Source: Podospora anserina (taxonomy: Eukaryota). From it: a stretch of DNA of 64,000 nucleotides. Below the pieces are notes generated by a model. That model was not told the DNA's origin. It made no database searches and was given only the letters and a program-made list of their open reading frames with translations. The DNA is taken from contig CM030332.1 of NCBI GenBank assembly GCA_017654855.1, positions 7,502,001-7,566,000 on the forward strand, given 5' to 3'. Position 1 is the stretch's first letter, and every line of letters starts with the position of its first letter. Made by a program: the position numbers and the translations under genes. Of this stretch, positions 29,153-40,823 are shown piece after piece.

Positions 29153-32100
29153 CAATAGTGGCACTAGGCTATTTCTATACAATTCAGGGCCCTTGGAATA
29201 CCTAAATTTCTGGAAAATCCTAATTCGGTAAACGCCCGGCTTTCCGACCTACAGAAGGCAGCCCTGCTATTAACCCTCAGAAATACACTAAAGGAAGGCC
29301 CGTTATCCACTATAGCCTTCGAAACCGACCCCGTTGTGGCCTATAAGCGCCTTCGCTCACAGTACGCTCCGGCGCAGCCTACCCTCCGAGACGAGCTATA
29401 TAAGGCCTACCACCACTTGCAGTTCGATAGGTCTATACCTATCGTGGATTTCAACGCCCAATTTAACACCTACGTAAGTAGGCTCGGGGCCTTAGGCGTT
29501 AAAATAGCCCAAATCGACCAACTAAACTACTATTTTAATGTACTGGAAAACCATTTTCCACAGTAGGCCGAGCGCTATAAAGGCCTACTTCGGCAGGAGC
29601 AATGGCTCTACCATACAGAAGGCAAGCCTACTAGGCTAAGCCTTTTGTATTTCCAGGAAGACCTTTTAGCCGAAACCCGTAATTCGGCTACTTCCACTGC
29701 CCACCAATTACAGGCCCTATAGGCTACCTACAAGCCTATTAGTAGCGAAAAGAAGCCTAACTTTTAGGCTTCTCAAGCTCACCGGTCCTCACCAAATAAG
29801 GACCAAAAGCCCTATAAAAAACAGGGCAATAAGCAGTGGAAGAAAGGCCTGAAAAAGGACGACCGCTATAACGACCGCTATAACAGCCGCAAAGACGGCC
29901 GTAAGGACAGTCGCAAAGACAACCGCAAGGACCAAAAGGACCTACCCGCTACCGAGGCTTTTACTATAAGCTACGACCTTAACTTAGGCACTATATTTAG
30001 AAGTAATATAACTAAAGAATATAGCGACCTAGGGCCTGATCCTCCCGAAGAACTGGCTAAATTTAGCTACTCAACCGCTACACCACGTACCCAGTGGCTC
30101 TTCGATATAGGCTCTACAATACATATCTGCAACAATAAAGCCTTATTTACCAACCTACAGTTCTCTTCTTCCCTGGGCTATATTAGTACAGGCGGTAGCC
30201 CAGTCAAGCCGCAAGGCAAAGGCACTATAAAAGTTGAATTCTTCAGTGGTTTTGAGGGCAAAAAAGCGGTATATACTACTGTAGCCCTTAAAGAGACCCT
30301 CTATATTCCAGACTTTCCACTGAATATAGTTAGTGGTCACAGGCTCTACGCCTCCGGTAGGACCCTTCTTAAGGACCGCCTATATTCGGCTTCTAGGAAG
30401 CTACTGGCCCTCCTTAACTTTAAGAAAAATAGGTTCTTTTTTACTACCAAAACCACGGTTCCAGCTAAAATAGAGCATTTAACGCTATAAGCATACGGCT
30501 CTATTTAGTGCTACAGCACTAAAGACAGCGATTCAGACCCTGAATCAACTACCATTACGCCTGAATTTCCAGCTACTACAGCGCTTACCACAGCGCTTAC
30601 CACAGTGCCTACCACAGCGCCTACCACAGCGCTTACCACAGCGCCTACCACAGCGCCTACCACAGTGCCTACCACAGCGCCTACCACAGCGCCTATCACA
30701 GCGCCTAAACCAATTACCACTACGGCGCCTACCCCTCGCCGTATAGGGCATTCGCCCTACCAATATAACCAAGCATTGATTCAGGCTACAAGACTCTAGC
30801 ACGTTCGATTAAGTTATATAGGCCTAAACCTTCTAAAGAAAACTGCCCTAATTACTAAGGGCATACCCAATTTACAGAAGGTACAGCCTACAGATCTAAC
30901 CTATAAAAGCTATGACGCAGCTAAATTACTGCGTAAACCTTCTAAAAGGCCTGTAACGGACCCACCGTATACGCTGAGTCGAATAGAAGGGGATATATTT
31001 ATGATTCGACCCACCCCACTGAACAGCAGGCCTTACGGGCTTATTTTAGTGGACCGTAAGACCCGGTACAGGCTTGTTAGGCTCCTAAAAACTAAGGACG
31101 AAGTCGCTATAGAGGCTCGCTCCGCTATAGAGAGCTTATATAATACTTATAAGCGGTACCCGGCACAATTCCACTACGACGGGGGCAAGGAAATTCGAAG
31201 GCTACTGCCCTACCTTACTAAAAAAAGTATAACCTTTAATGAGTCTAGCCCATACGCCCACCACTAAAACGGCCTAGCCGAGCGCTCTATTCGGGTAATT
31301 TTAGAGCGTCTACGAGCCACTATAGTAGCCTCTAGCCTACCACTTACCCTCTAGTACTACGTAATTAGCTCTATTATGGATATTATTAACCGTACAGCTA
31401 CTTCCACTAAGGAATTTACGCCCCACCAGTTATTTTTTAACGAATTAGTGCCTTTATAGGCCCCTCACGTTCCTAACCTCGGACCTTATAGGGCTATAGG
31501 CGCTGAAGTTCTAGTACTTACACCGCTTAAAAAACGTATTACTGTAAGGAAGTTAGAGCCTAAAGTTATTAAAAGTAAGCTTCTAGCCGTACTAGGCAAT
31601 AATACTTACTTAATGTAGCTAAGCTACCGGCAAGTAATCTAAACGCTATTCGTTAAACTATACGAAGATTATAAGCCTTATTTAAAAGGACCTATAGCCT
31701 CCACATCGCAACTAAAGCTTCTAGAACTGGAAGATATCGAGCTTTCAGAAGGGGAACCCCTATAATCACAGAAGGGGCACTTACTGCAACAGTACCTCCT
31801 AGGCCTATACTTATAGTAATAGCACCTCTAAAGCTTACTAATATCGAAGTACTACTTCCGCAGGCCACTAAGTTACAAAAGGAGGAATTCGAAGTAGTAG
31901 ATAACGATACTATAGATACCACTGCTCTAGTATATTATTTTATTAACCAGGCTGCTACGGCTGTTACCTACAGCACTGCTTCTATTAGCACAGAACCTAG
32001 GACCTTTAAACAGGCCCTAAAGCACCCACTAAAGGACCAGTAGCTACAGGCCTCCTTCAGTAAACTACAGCAGCTACTAAATTCCAAAACCTTCTACTTC

Positions 32101-32599
32101 ATCAACCGCTCTCAGGCTCCAAAAAGGCCTATTACTAGCCGATAGGTCTATAAAGCTAAAAAGGACTTACAGGGCTAAATTATTAAATTTAAAGCCCGGC
32201 TAGTAATTAGAGGCTTCTAACAGGTACCCGGAACCGATTTCACGGAGACCTTTGCAGCCACTACGGCACCACCTACCTAGCGGGTTTTACTAGCTATTAT
32301 AGCTAAAGAAGACCTAGAAATTAAGCAAATTAATTTCGTTAGGGCCTTTCTTAACGCTAGTGTAGACTCCGATATATATATAGAAGTCCCTAAAGGCCTA
32401 TACGAATATAGCCTTAGTAGCCAAACCGCTATAGACCTTCTGAAACAACATTGCTAGGACCCTTCGAAGGACCAAGTTATAGTACTAAAAAGGTCCCTAT
32501 ACGGCCTAACAAAGGCCTTACCAGCACCCAAGTTCCAGCGCTTTTTAGAGCTAATAAACTACCGGAAGCCTAGTACTTATAAAGGCCCTACGGCCTAGT
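29153..32599 (+). pseudogene. Copia B gag-pol (continuation after A insertion), RIP stops and internal RT/RNase H deletion
   Basis: QWLFD.GS..HICN protease ~30092; WHVRLGH ~30797; integrase YDGGKE / ESSPYAHHQNGLAER; RT FKARLV.RGF.Q; ORF-track 29336 and 31001 ORFs are fragments of it. Confidence 0.9.
30577..30732 (+). repeat. 12-bp coding minisatellite (ACCACAGCGCCT; TTAP units) in Copia B pol
   Basis: About 11 tandem units between protease and pre-integrase. Confidence 0.93.
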
Positions 32600-32630
32600 A
32601 AGTGGGCACCTAGCACTCCCATAGAAGGGG

Positions 32631-33249
32631 TGTTAATGTGTGGGTATTACTAAGTGCCCTACTTACTGCCCTACAGATTAATATTACAGTGGGCAGTACT
32701 ACTATAAACAGTAATGGAACTTCCCGGCTTGGATCCCTTTAAAATATTCTTTACAAGGGACCCTTAAAGGCTTACAGGGCTACTGTGGCCTGAGGCTTAG
32801 TTAATGGATACTAAAACCTTCCAAAGTAGCTACAGGCTTACGTAGTAAGTTACCACAATAGTGTGATTTACAGGGCACCTCTGCTGCCGAAGGTTCTATA
32901 GATTTCCGTGAGTCTACACTAGACCCACCTAAGCCCACCAAATACCCCAAAGTGGTATAGGGGCTTCCAGGGCCTACAGGACCCACAGTAGGCTTACGAA
33001 GGCCTATATATAAACCTCTCCTCTCTCCTGTAAAATAGTTTTCTTTCTTTCCTCAAGGGCAAAAGCTTAAGGCTAAGGCCAAGGGTAATAAAGGTAATTC
33101 TTATTCTTTATACCTCACTGTATTACAGTGCTTTACCTTCCTTCGGCACTGCCGTCGTATCCTCCCGCTTCCGCTTGCGCACTGCTATATTTTACAGCAA
33201 CCCTATATAGGTTCTATATTATAGGCCTATCAGGGCTTACCAGCTAACA
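32631..33249 (+). repeat. Copia B 3' LTR (619 bp)
   Basis: TG...CA, preceded by PPT. Confidence 0.95.
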
Positions 33250-35186
33250 ATATTAATAACGGAAATTATTAAATAATAAATATTTATAATAATATTATTA
33301 ATATTTTAATTTATATAAATTTATCGAAAGATTAAAAAAAATATTAAATTAATGTTATTTTTTATTTAGTATTTTATATTCGTTATACTTTTTACTATAA
33401 CTTTAACGTAAAAGTAAGGAAATTAGTTTACGGTAAATAAAGTAAAGTATAGGAATATAGTTTTTAAGTTTTAAAGTATTACCGTATTTATTTTTAGAAA
33501 GGTATTTTGTATAGTAAAAAGAAGGATTTAACGGTAATAAAAGTTTAAAAAGGAGATTATTATTATAAAGATTATAAGACTATAAGCGTTATAAAGAAAA
33601 AAATAATAAAATTATAAATAATTTATATAAAAAAGTTTTTAAATTATAAATTTAATTAGAGGGTACGTAATAAAAAATAAAAGAGGAAGGGCCTAAAGGA
33701 CTTAATAAACGCGGAAGGATTTAATTTATTAAATACCCTCTCGTTTCCTTTTAAATCTCTACTAATTCCCCGGTTTACTTTCTTCCTTAATTTTTTATTA
33801 ACTTTAATTATTATTATTAAAAAAAAATATATATTATAAGTTTTTCTTTTAATTATAAAGGATTTAAATTAAATAATATATCGAATAATTTTTAATAATT
33901 AAATAAAGTAATAACCCCCTTTAAATTCTATATTTCTATAATAATAAACTCCCCGCTCCTCTTTAGGCTTATAATTACCCGTTTTCCTATTTATAATTAC
34001 TTAAAATTATTAATAATATACTTTTTATTTAATTATATACCTAGTTTTATAAAATAAGAGTAAGCTCCTAAAGTATAACGAACCCCTATATAGAACCTCT
34101 GAAAGGGATACAGGTTAAAGGTAACTTCTAATAATTAGTTCGGTGTAGCTAAACAGTGCACAACAAGATATCTCGATGTAAACACAAGATGCCGTGAATA
34201 TAAGCTTAAATTACATACTGCGGAACTATCTATCTACACCAGCCAGTTCCTCCGTATATATAGACCTTGGGGCCGTGAGGTGCTCGCCCTGCTATAGCCC
34301 CGATCACTCCTAGCACATTGCATCCTGCATTGTGCTCGTCGTGCTATACCTCTGATCACTCCTAGCACATTGCATCTGCATTGTGCTCGTCGTGCTATGC
34401 CTCTAATCATCCCTAGCATCTTGCATCCTGCAGACTGCTCGTGAGCCTTGGCGCCATAGCACTTTTGCCTAGCCCTGATCGGCTTGTTCCCTGACTTCCT
34501 GAATGATTGGCTAGGGGCGACCTGCGCCCCACATGTGGCGCGACCTGCCGTTGGGTTAACTGTGACATAAAGTTCCTTAAAAATAAAAGGAAAAGGTCGT
34601 TAAGTTACCGGTTATAATAATTCGATAGGGACAAAAATATACTTTAAAATCCGAAAAGTAAAGGTACTCTTCTCCCTAATTAAGGGAGAATAGATAAAAG
34701 GATAATAGGATTATATTATTTTCTTTTTTTTTATTAAATAATTTTTTTTTTTTTAATTTATAAAGGATTTTTTTTTTATATATATATTTATTTATTAATT
34801 TATAGTAGTTAAATGTAAAAGGAGGTTTAGTTTAGGGTGCGGCTACTTCTCTAAAAATATAAGTAAGGAAGCGGGGCTCTCAAAAGACTTAGGGGTTTAA
34901 GGGTTATATATATAAGCGGTCTACTTCGGACATTCTATTTTAGAGAAATCATCCACTTTTATTTCTTTATATTTTGTGCTCTGCACGCGTGCAGGCAATC
35001 CTGGCCTTCTGATTAGGCTAACCCGGTGCTTATTATATAGCCTGCGAGCCTATAGTATCTTTTATCTGTCCTAAGTAAAGTGCGGCCTGCAAGCGAGTTA
35101 CTGTTACGCAGGCGTGTCCATTTAGGGACCTGTTGAGAGTATATTTGTGGTGTTGTAGTTAGTTTATGTGTTTTCTTACCATTTTA
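33250..35186 (+). mobile_element. Family A host copy, 3' part with variant 3' LTR (34828-35186), interrupted by solo LTR F
   Basis: Matches copy 2 from ~27704 onward; LTR ends ACCATTTTA at 35186. Confidence 0.9.
34074..34567 (-). mobile_element. Solo LTR F (D-family R-U5, distinct U3 with ~52-bp tandem repeats)
   Basis: Perfect 5-bp TSD TAAAG on both sides; left ~190 bp match D/E R-U5. Confidence 0.93.
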
Positions 35187-35342
35187 ATAGTAGCCCTGTA
35201 AGCCTTTAAAGGTCCCTTGTAAAGAATATTCTAAAGGGATCTAAGCCGGGAAGTTCTACTATTGTTTATACTAGTGCTGCCCACTGTAATATTAATTTGT
35301 AGGGCAGTAAGTAAGGCACTTAGTAGTACCTATATATTAATA
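35187..35342 (-). repeat. 5' part of another Copia B LTR, interrupted by the family A host copy
   Basis: Reverse complement of the first ~156 bp of LTR-B. Confidence 0.9.
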
Positions 35343-35447
35343 TTAATAAATAAGCTAGCTTTTTTTAGAGCCGTTAAAATATTACGAACGTAATTTAAAT
35401 ATTTTTTTTTTATATAGCTATAAATAAGGATATTATTTAGGTATACG
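35343..35447 (-). pseudogene. Gypsy H reverse transcriptase fragment (YLDDILIYS region)
   Basis: Continues 59357-59771 across the ATACG TSD of element E. Confidence 0.8.
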
Positions 35448-35854
35448 TGTGACGAACCCCTATATAGAACCTCTAAAAGGGATACGGGTTAAAGGTAACT
35501 TCTAATAATTAGTTCGGTTCAGCTAAATAGTGCATAACAAGATATCTCGATATAAATATAAAATGCCGTAAATATAAATTTAAATTGCATATTGCGGAAC
35601 TATTTATCTATACTAGCCAGTTCCTCCGTATATATAGTTTTTATACTAAGCCGTAATTAGTCTCCTAAGGCTATTAATTACCTCGGTTTAGTTTGCTTAG
35701 TGCCTTAATTATACTAATTACCTTTGCTTAGTCTACTTAGTACTCTAATTACACTAATTACTTTGCTTTTACTATAATTAACTTCCCTATACGTTCTCCC
35801 GATTAGCCCTTTATTCCCGTAGCCCTATAACCGTCCTATACTAAGGTTATAATA
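35448..35854 (-). repeat. Gypsy E 3' LTR (407 bp)
   Basis: Matches 58990-59356 plus one extra ~40-bp unit. Confidence 0.92.
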
Positions 35855-35957
35855 CGATATTCCCCCTCTTAGGTTAACGCCCCGATAACTTAGCTCGCTT
35901 ATCTCTCCTATCGATAACCTTAAGTAAATTTTCCTCCCTTATTACTATCCTTCTATA

Positions 35958-36554
35958 ATATTTAACCGCGTTAAGAAATTTACGCCGAAAGGTCCCTCGA
36001 GTACCCTTCGCCGTTAGAATTTTATAGCTATTACCTTTATTTTCGGTAACGAAATACTTCCCTATTCTTCTTACGAGGCCCTTAATATCTCCGATTACCG
36101 CACTTCTAAACGCTCCTCTAAATATAATTACTATATATATTCCGGTCGCTCCGACTGCGATATCCTAGGCCTTACTCTTGCGTTAATAGCCTCCTTACGT
36201 CGCTAAAAAGAAAAACTAAACGCCGACGAATAATAGGCTCGTACGGCTATACTATAGGCTACTTCGAAACTCTTGTAAGTAAATACCTAACGCCGTACTT
36301 TAATTATTAAATTCCGTCGTTTAGCCGCTTACAAGGAGCGGGTAATTAAGGATTTAAAGCGGGAAAAAGTATAGGTTTCTTTCGCCGCTAATCTTCCTTT
36401 AACCTTTTCCCTTAACTAAACTTCCGATATACTAGACTAGCTTAGTTAGTCCTTACCGGATAACTTATCTCTTAATCCTAGCGTAGCCGGTTTTTCCTTC
36501 TTTACTACTTAAAATACCGTTAATAATACGCCTTCCCCTTTTTAAAATAATTAA
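35958..36554 (+). pseudogene. Antisense accessory gene of E: six-Cys Zn-cluster-like domain, coiled coil, acidic tail; end approximate
   Basis: De-RIP MSNRVKK...EMLPCSSCEALNISDCRTSKRSSKCNYCVHSGRSDCD (last Cys still TGC at 36156), then LRRQKEKLDADEQQAR. Confidence 0.7.
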
Positions 36555-36899
36555 AGTATATAATATTATTTATATTTAATTCCCTTTATACTTTTTAATT
36601 TTATAGTATAATATATAATATATCGATTATTATATTAAAAACGTAAATTCGATTTTTATTAAAGTTCTCGAATCTCTATATTATTATTATTTAACGGTAA
36701 TCTAAGGACTTATTTTTTTTATTTAAGTTTTAGTCGGTTTAAATATCATTAATAAAAAAATTTTTATTTATTTAAATAAATAAAATTTGTTTTTAATTTT
36801 TATAAATTATTTATAATTAAATATTTTAATTAATTAATTAAATATTTTAATTATTTTTTATTAAACTATAAATTTAATATTTCTTTTATATTATATTTT

Positions 36900-37534
36900 T
36901 ATTAATGTGTGGGTACTACTAAGTGCCCTACTTACTGCCCTACAGATTGATATTACAGTGGGCAGTACTGCTATAAGCAGTAATGGAACTTCCCGGCTTA
37001 GATCCCTTTAGAATGTTCTTTACAAGGGACCCTTAAAGGCTTACAGGGCTACTGTGGCTTGAGGCTTAGTTAATGGATATTAGAACTTTCCAAAGTGGCT
37101 ACAGGCTTACGTAGTAAGTTACCACAATAGTGTGATTTACAGGGCACCTCTGCTGCCGAAGGTTCTATGGATTTCCGTAAGTCTACACTAGACCCACCTA
37201 AGCCCACCAAATACCCCAAAGTGGTATAGGGGCTTCTAGGGCCTACAGGACCCACAGTAGGCCTACGAAGGCCTATATATAGACCTCTCCTCTCTCCTAT
37301 AGAATAGTTCCTTTCTTTCTTTCCTTAAGGGCAAAAGCTTAAGGCTAAGGCCAAAGGCCAAGGCCAAGGGTAATAAAGGCAATTCTTATTCCTTATACCT
37401 CACTGTATTACAGTGCTTTACCTTCCTTCGGCACTGCCGTCGTATCCTCCAGCTTCCGCTTGCGCACTGCTGTATTTTACAGCAACCCTGTATAGGTTCT
37501 ATATTATAGGCCTATCAGGGCTTACCAGCTAACA
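36900..37534 (+). mobile_element. Copia B solo LTR inside E, no TSD
   Basis: Full LTR-B; flanks ATTTT / ATATT; adjacent E integrase sequence missing. Confidence 0.92.
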
Positions 37535-40500
37535 ATATTATTATATTTAATGCTAATTACTATATTTTTTAATTTTAATAATTTAATAATAAAGTTTATT
37601 ATAATTAAATTTCATAATTATTTTACTATTAATAATAACTTTAGAAATTTATAAAGTTTATATTTCGTAACCTTTATTTTTTTATACGTATAGTATAACT
37701 AAATAGCTTCCTTAATATTATTTTTAATTTTTAATTAATTAAAATATTATTTAATTTTTTCTATAGTTTTAACGATATTTATATACCCTCCGAACTTTAA
37801 CCTATAGATCTCTATTACTAATACCGTCCTATTATTTAATATTATATACGTTCGATTTTTATACTATAGTCTTCCCTAATTATTTTTTTAAATACTTTAT
37901 AGCTTTAGCTTTTCCTATTAATATTATTTTATAATATTATTATTTAATTTCCTTTAATATTTATTAAAAATAGTTTTCTCGTAATATATTATATAATACA
38001 TTATTTACGGCTATAATAGATATTTAAGGGTATTATCTAGTGCCTTCTCGAGTAATAGTAGTAATTCCCTAGGTATATCCTTATAATAGTCGGCTCGCCG
38101 GTTAAGTACGTTTACCTTAACGTTCTCCGAACCCTTCTTATAATTAATTTAAAAATTAAATTTTAAAAGAAATTTTAATTATTATATTTATTATACGTTA
38201 AGGACCTTTATAATAATAAAATATTATAGATTTTTATAATTTATATAGATTTATATTTCGTAATTAATATTATTAAAGTATAACCTTTATTCCTTAAATA
38301 TTTCGATAATAGTGAGTAGCTTTTTATTATAAATTAAGTAATTTTAACGTATTTCTTTTAATTTCTTTAAAAAGAAAACTATTAAATATAACTTCCCGTT
38401 ATTATTTTACTATTTTAATTACCTATTAATCGTATAGTTTAATATATTAGCTTTAACTTCGAACGGTCGATTAAAGTTTAATAATTTAAATACTAAATCC
38501 TTTAAAATAACCTTTTTTAGTTCCTAAAAAACCTACTCTTTTTCCTACCTTTACCGGAACTCCACGTCTTTCTTAATTAAATAATTAAATAATTATACGA
38601 TTCCTATATACTTATAAATAAATATTTAATAAAAATTTAGAAATTTTAAAAATTCTTTAATATATATTTATAATTATAATATAAACTAATCTTTAATTAT
38701 TATAATCTTTTTAAATTCTATACGAACTTTATTTAATAATATTAAATATTTTAAATATATTATTTTTTATATATAAAGCTTATTTTTTTTATTAATTAAA
38801 AATCTAATTCCGTATAACGCGTTAAGTATCTTTTATATATATCGCTTATATTCCTTTAAAATATATAAATAAATAAAAACATTATTAAAATAATATATTA
38901 TTATTTTATCGAGGTACTTCCGGATTATATAATTAACGAGAGATTAAAACGTTACGGGCGTATTAATTAATTTAAATAGTATTATAAGATACTTAAAATA
39001 ATTATAGGATATACGAAACGTTATTTTTTATTTATTTCCTTTTTTAATCCGTATATAGGTATACCCAATAAATATATTTAAATATATAAAGTATCGCGCT
39101 TTAATTAATTAACTCCGTAATTTAAATATTAATAATAATAAATAATTATGTTTTACCGTTTTATTATTTAATTAACGGTAGTCTATATATAATTATAAAT
39201 TACTATTTTTTTTTAATACGAAGAATATAAAGTATTTTATTAGTAATATAAACTTTTTAATATATCCTTTCTTTAAATTCTTATTTAAGTATTTCCGTAA
39301 TTCTTTATTTTACTTATCATTAATATAATAAACCTTAAATAACCGTAATTTAACTCCTTTTTTTAATTTAATTTTATAGTTTTATAGTCTTTACTTTAAA
39401 AACCCCTCTAAATATTTAGCCGTAAAGGCTAGGTATCCTCGATATTCCACCGGTACTATTTTTTTTTACTTTTCTTTATATTATTATAATAAACGTACTT
39501 ATTAATTTCCGATATCTTTATTAATATTATTAACTTTATTTCTTTAATCTTACCACCTATATCAATAAAATATACTATTATTTTTTAAGTTCTTTACGGT
39601 AGTACCGTGGAGGGTACTTGTCCTACACTCTACTCTATATATACTTTTAATTTCTTATCGTTAATTAAATATTTTTAAAGTTTTTTTTAGTCGTAAATAA
39701 TTATTATCCCTCTAATCGATATTTAAATTATAATTTTTATACTATAATTACTTTAGGATTATATCCTTCGAAAGTCCTATATTTATAATATTAAATATAA
39801 TTAAAATTATTTTTCTTTTAACTATAATATTTAAAAGTGTTAAAATACAGCACTTATTTGTGGATTTTACAGTATGTTCTTTCTCGTGGCTTACAGCACT
39901 CAAAGGCTTCAAGCCACAGCGCCTATAACGCCCATAGCGGTTATAAGGAACTATAAAGTTTTTATATAAATTATTGTGGCTAACTGAACCGGTAGAAGTT
40001 ATGGGGATTAATAAGGAGGAAAAAGAGGTTTTGGATGCCTATAAAAGGCTCCCCTCCTAGTGTATTTGGAATAATCCTTTTCTTTCTTAAGTTTAAGTCA
40101 AACAGTTAAAATCAATATACTGGTTTACTATACTTTTGTAGGGCATAGTTCCCTATATTTACCTTCCTTCGGTACTACCTTATACTATCGTACCTCGCAA
40201 TCCAAAAACCCTAGAGTCTTTAGGTAATTGCTTCCGACTTACCTAGAAGGCATATAATTAGCTTACCGATAATATATTTTAATAAATTATAAGCCCGGAC
40301 TTATATTTAAATTCTAGCGAGTTCCTTTATTCTACGTTCCTATAGCGGTTTCTTACCGTAAGCCCTGTTTTTATTAAAATGGTAAGAAAACACACAAAAC
40401 AACCACAACACCACAAATATACCCTTAACAGGTCTCAGAATAAACATACCTACGTGACAGTGACTCGCTCGCAGGCCGCACTTTACGTAGGACAAAGAAA

Positions 40501-40823
40501 AGACACTATGGGCTCGCAGGCCACATAATAAGCACCGGATTGGCCTGATTAGAGGGCCAGAATTGCCTGCACGCGTGCAAGGCACAAAATACAAAGAAAA
40601 GAATAAAAGTCGATGTCCTCTCTAAATAGAATGTCCGAAGCAGACCGCTTATATATATAACCCCTGAACCCCTAAGTCCTCTAAGAGCCCCGCTTCCTTA
40701 CTTATACTCTTAAGCCTATAACCGTACCCTAAACCAAACCTCCCTTCGCATTTAACCACTATAAATTAATAGGCAAATATATATATAAGAAAAAAATCTT
40801 TTATAAATAAAAAAAAAAAAAAA

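Larger units (their letters stand above)
8501..33249 (+). mobile_element. Ty1/Copia element B, interrupted by Gypsy D and Gypsy A copy 2
   Basis: LTRs TGTTAATGTG...CTAACA; PBS GGTTATAAGCCC; protease-integrase-RT order; PPT AGAAGGGG; no matching TSD. Confidence 0.9.

Noticed and set aside
30511-30802. Cys/Arg-rich and Val/Gly-rich minus-strand ORFs resembling metallothionein or membrane peptides
   Set aside because: Alternative frames of the 12-bp TTAP minisatellite
32801-32986. 61-aa ORF repeated at 37070
   Set aside because: Inside LTR-B; no evidence of coding function
34234-34419. 61-aa ORF with internal repeats
   Set aside because: Product of the U3 tandem repeats of solo LTR F
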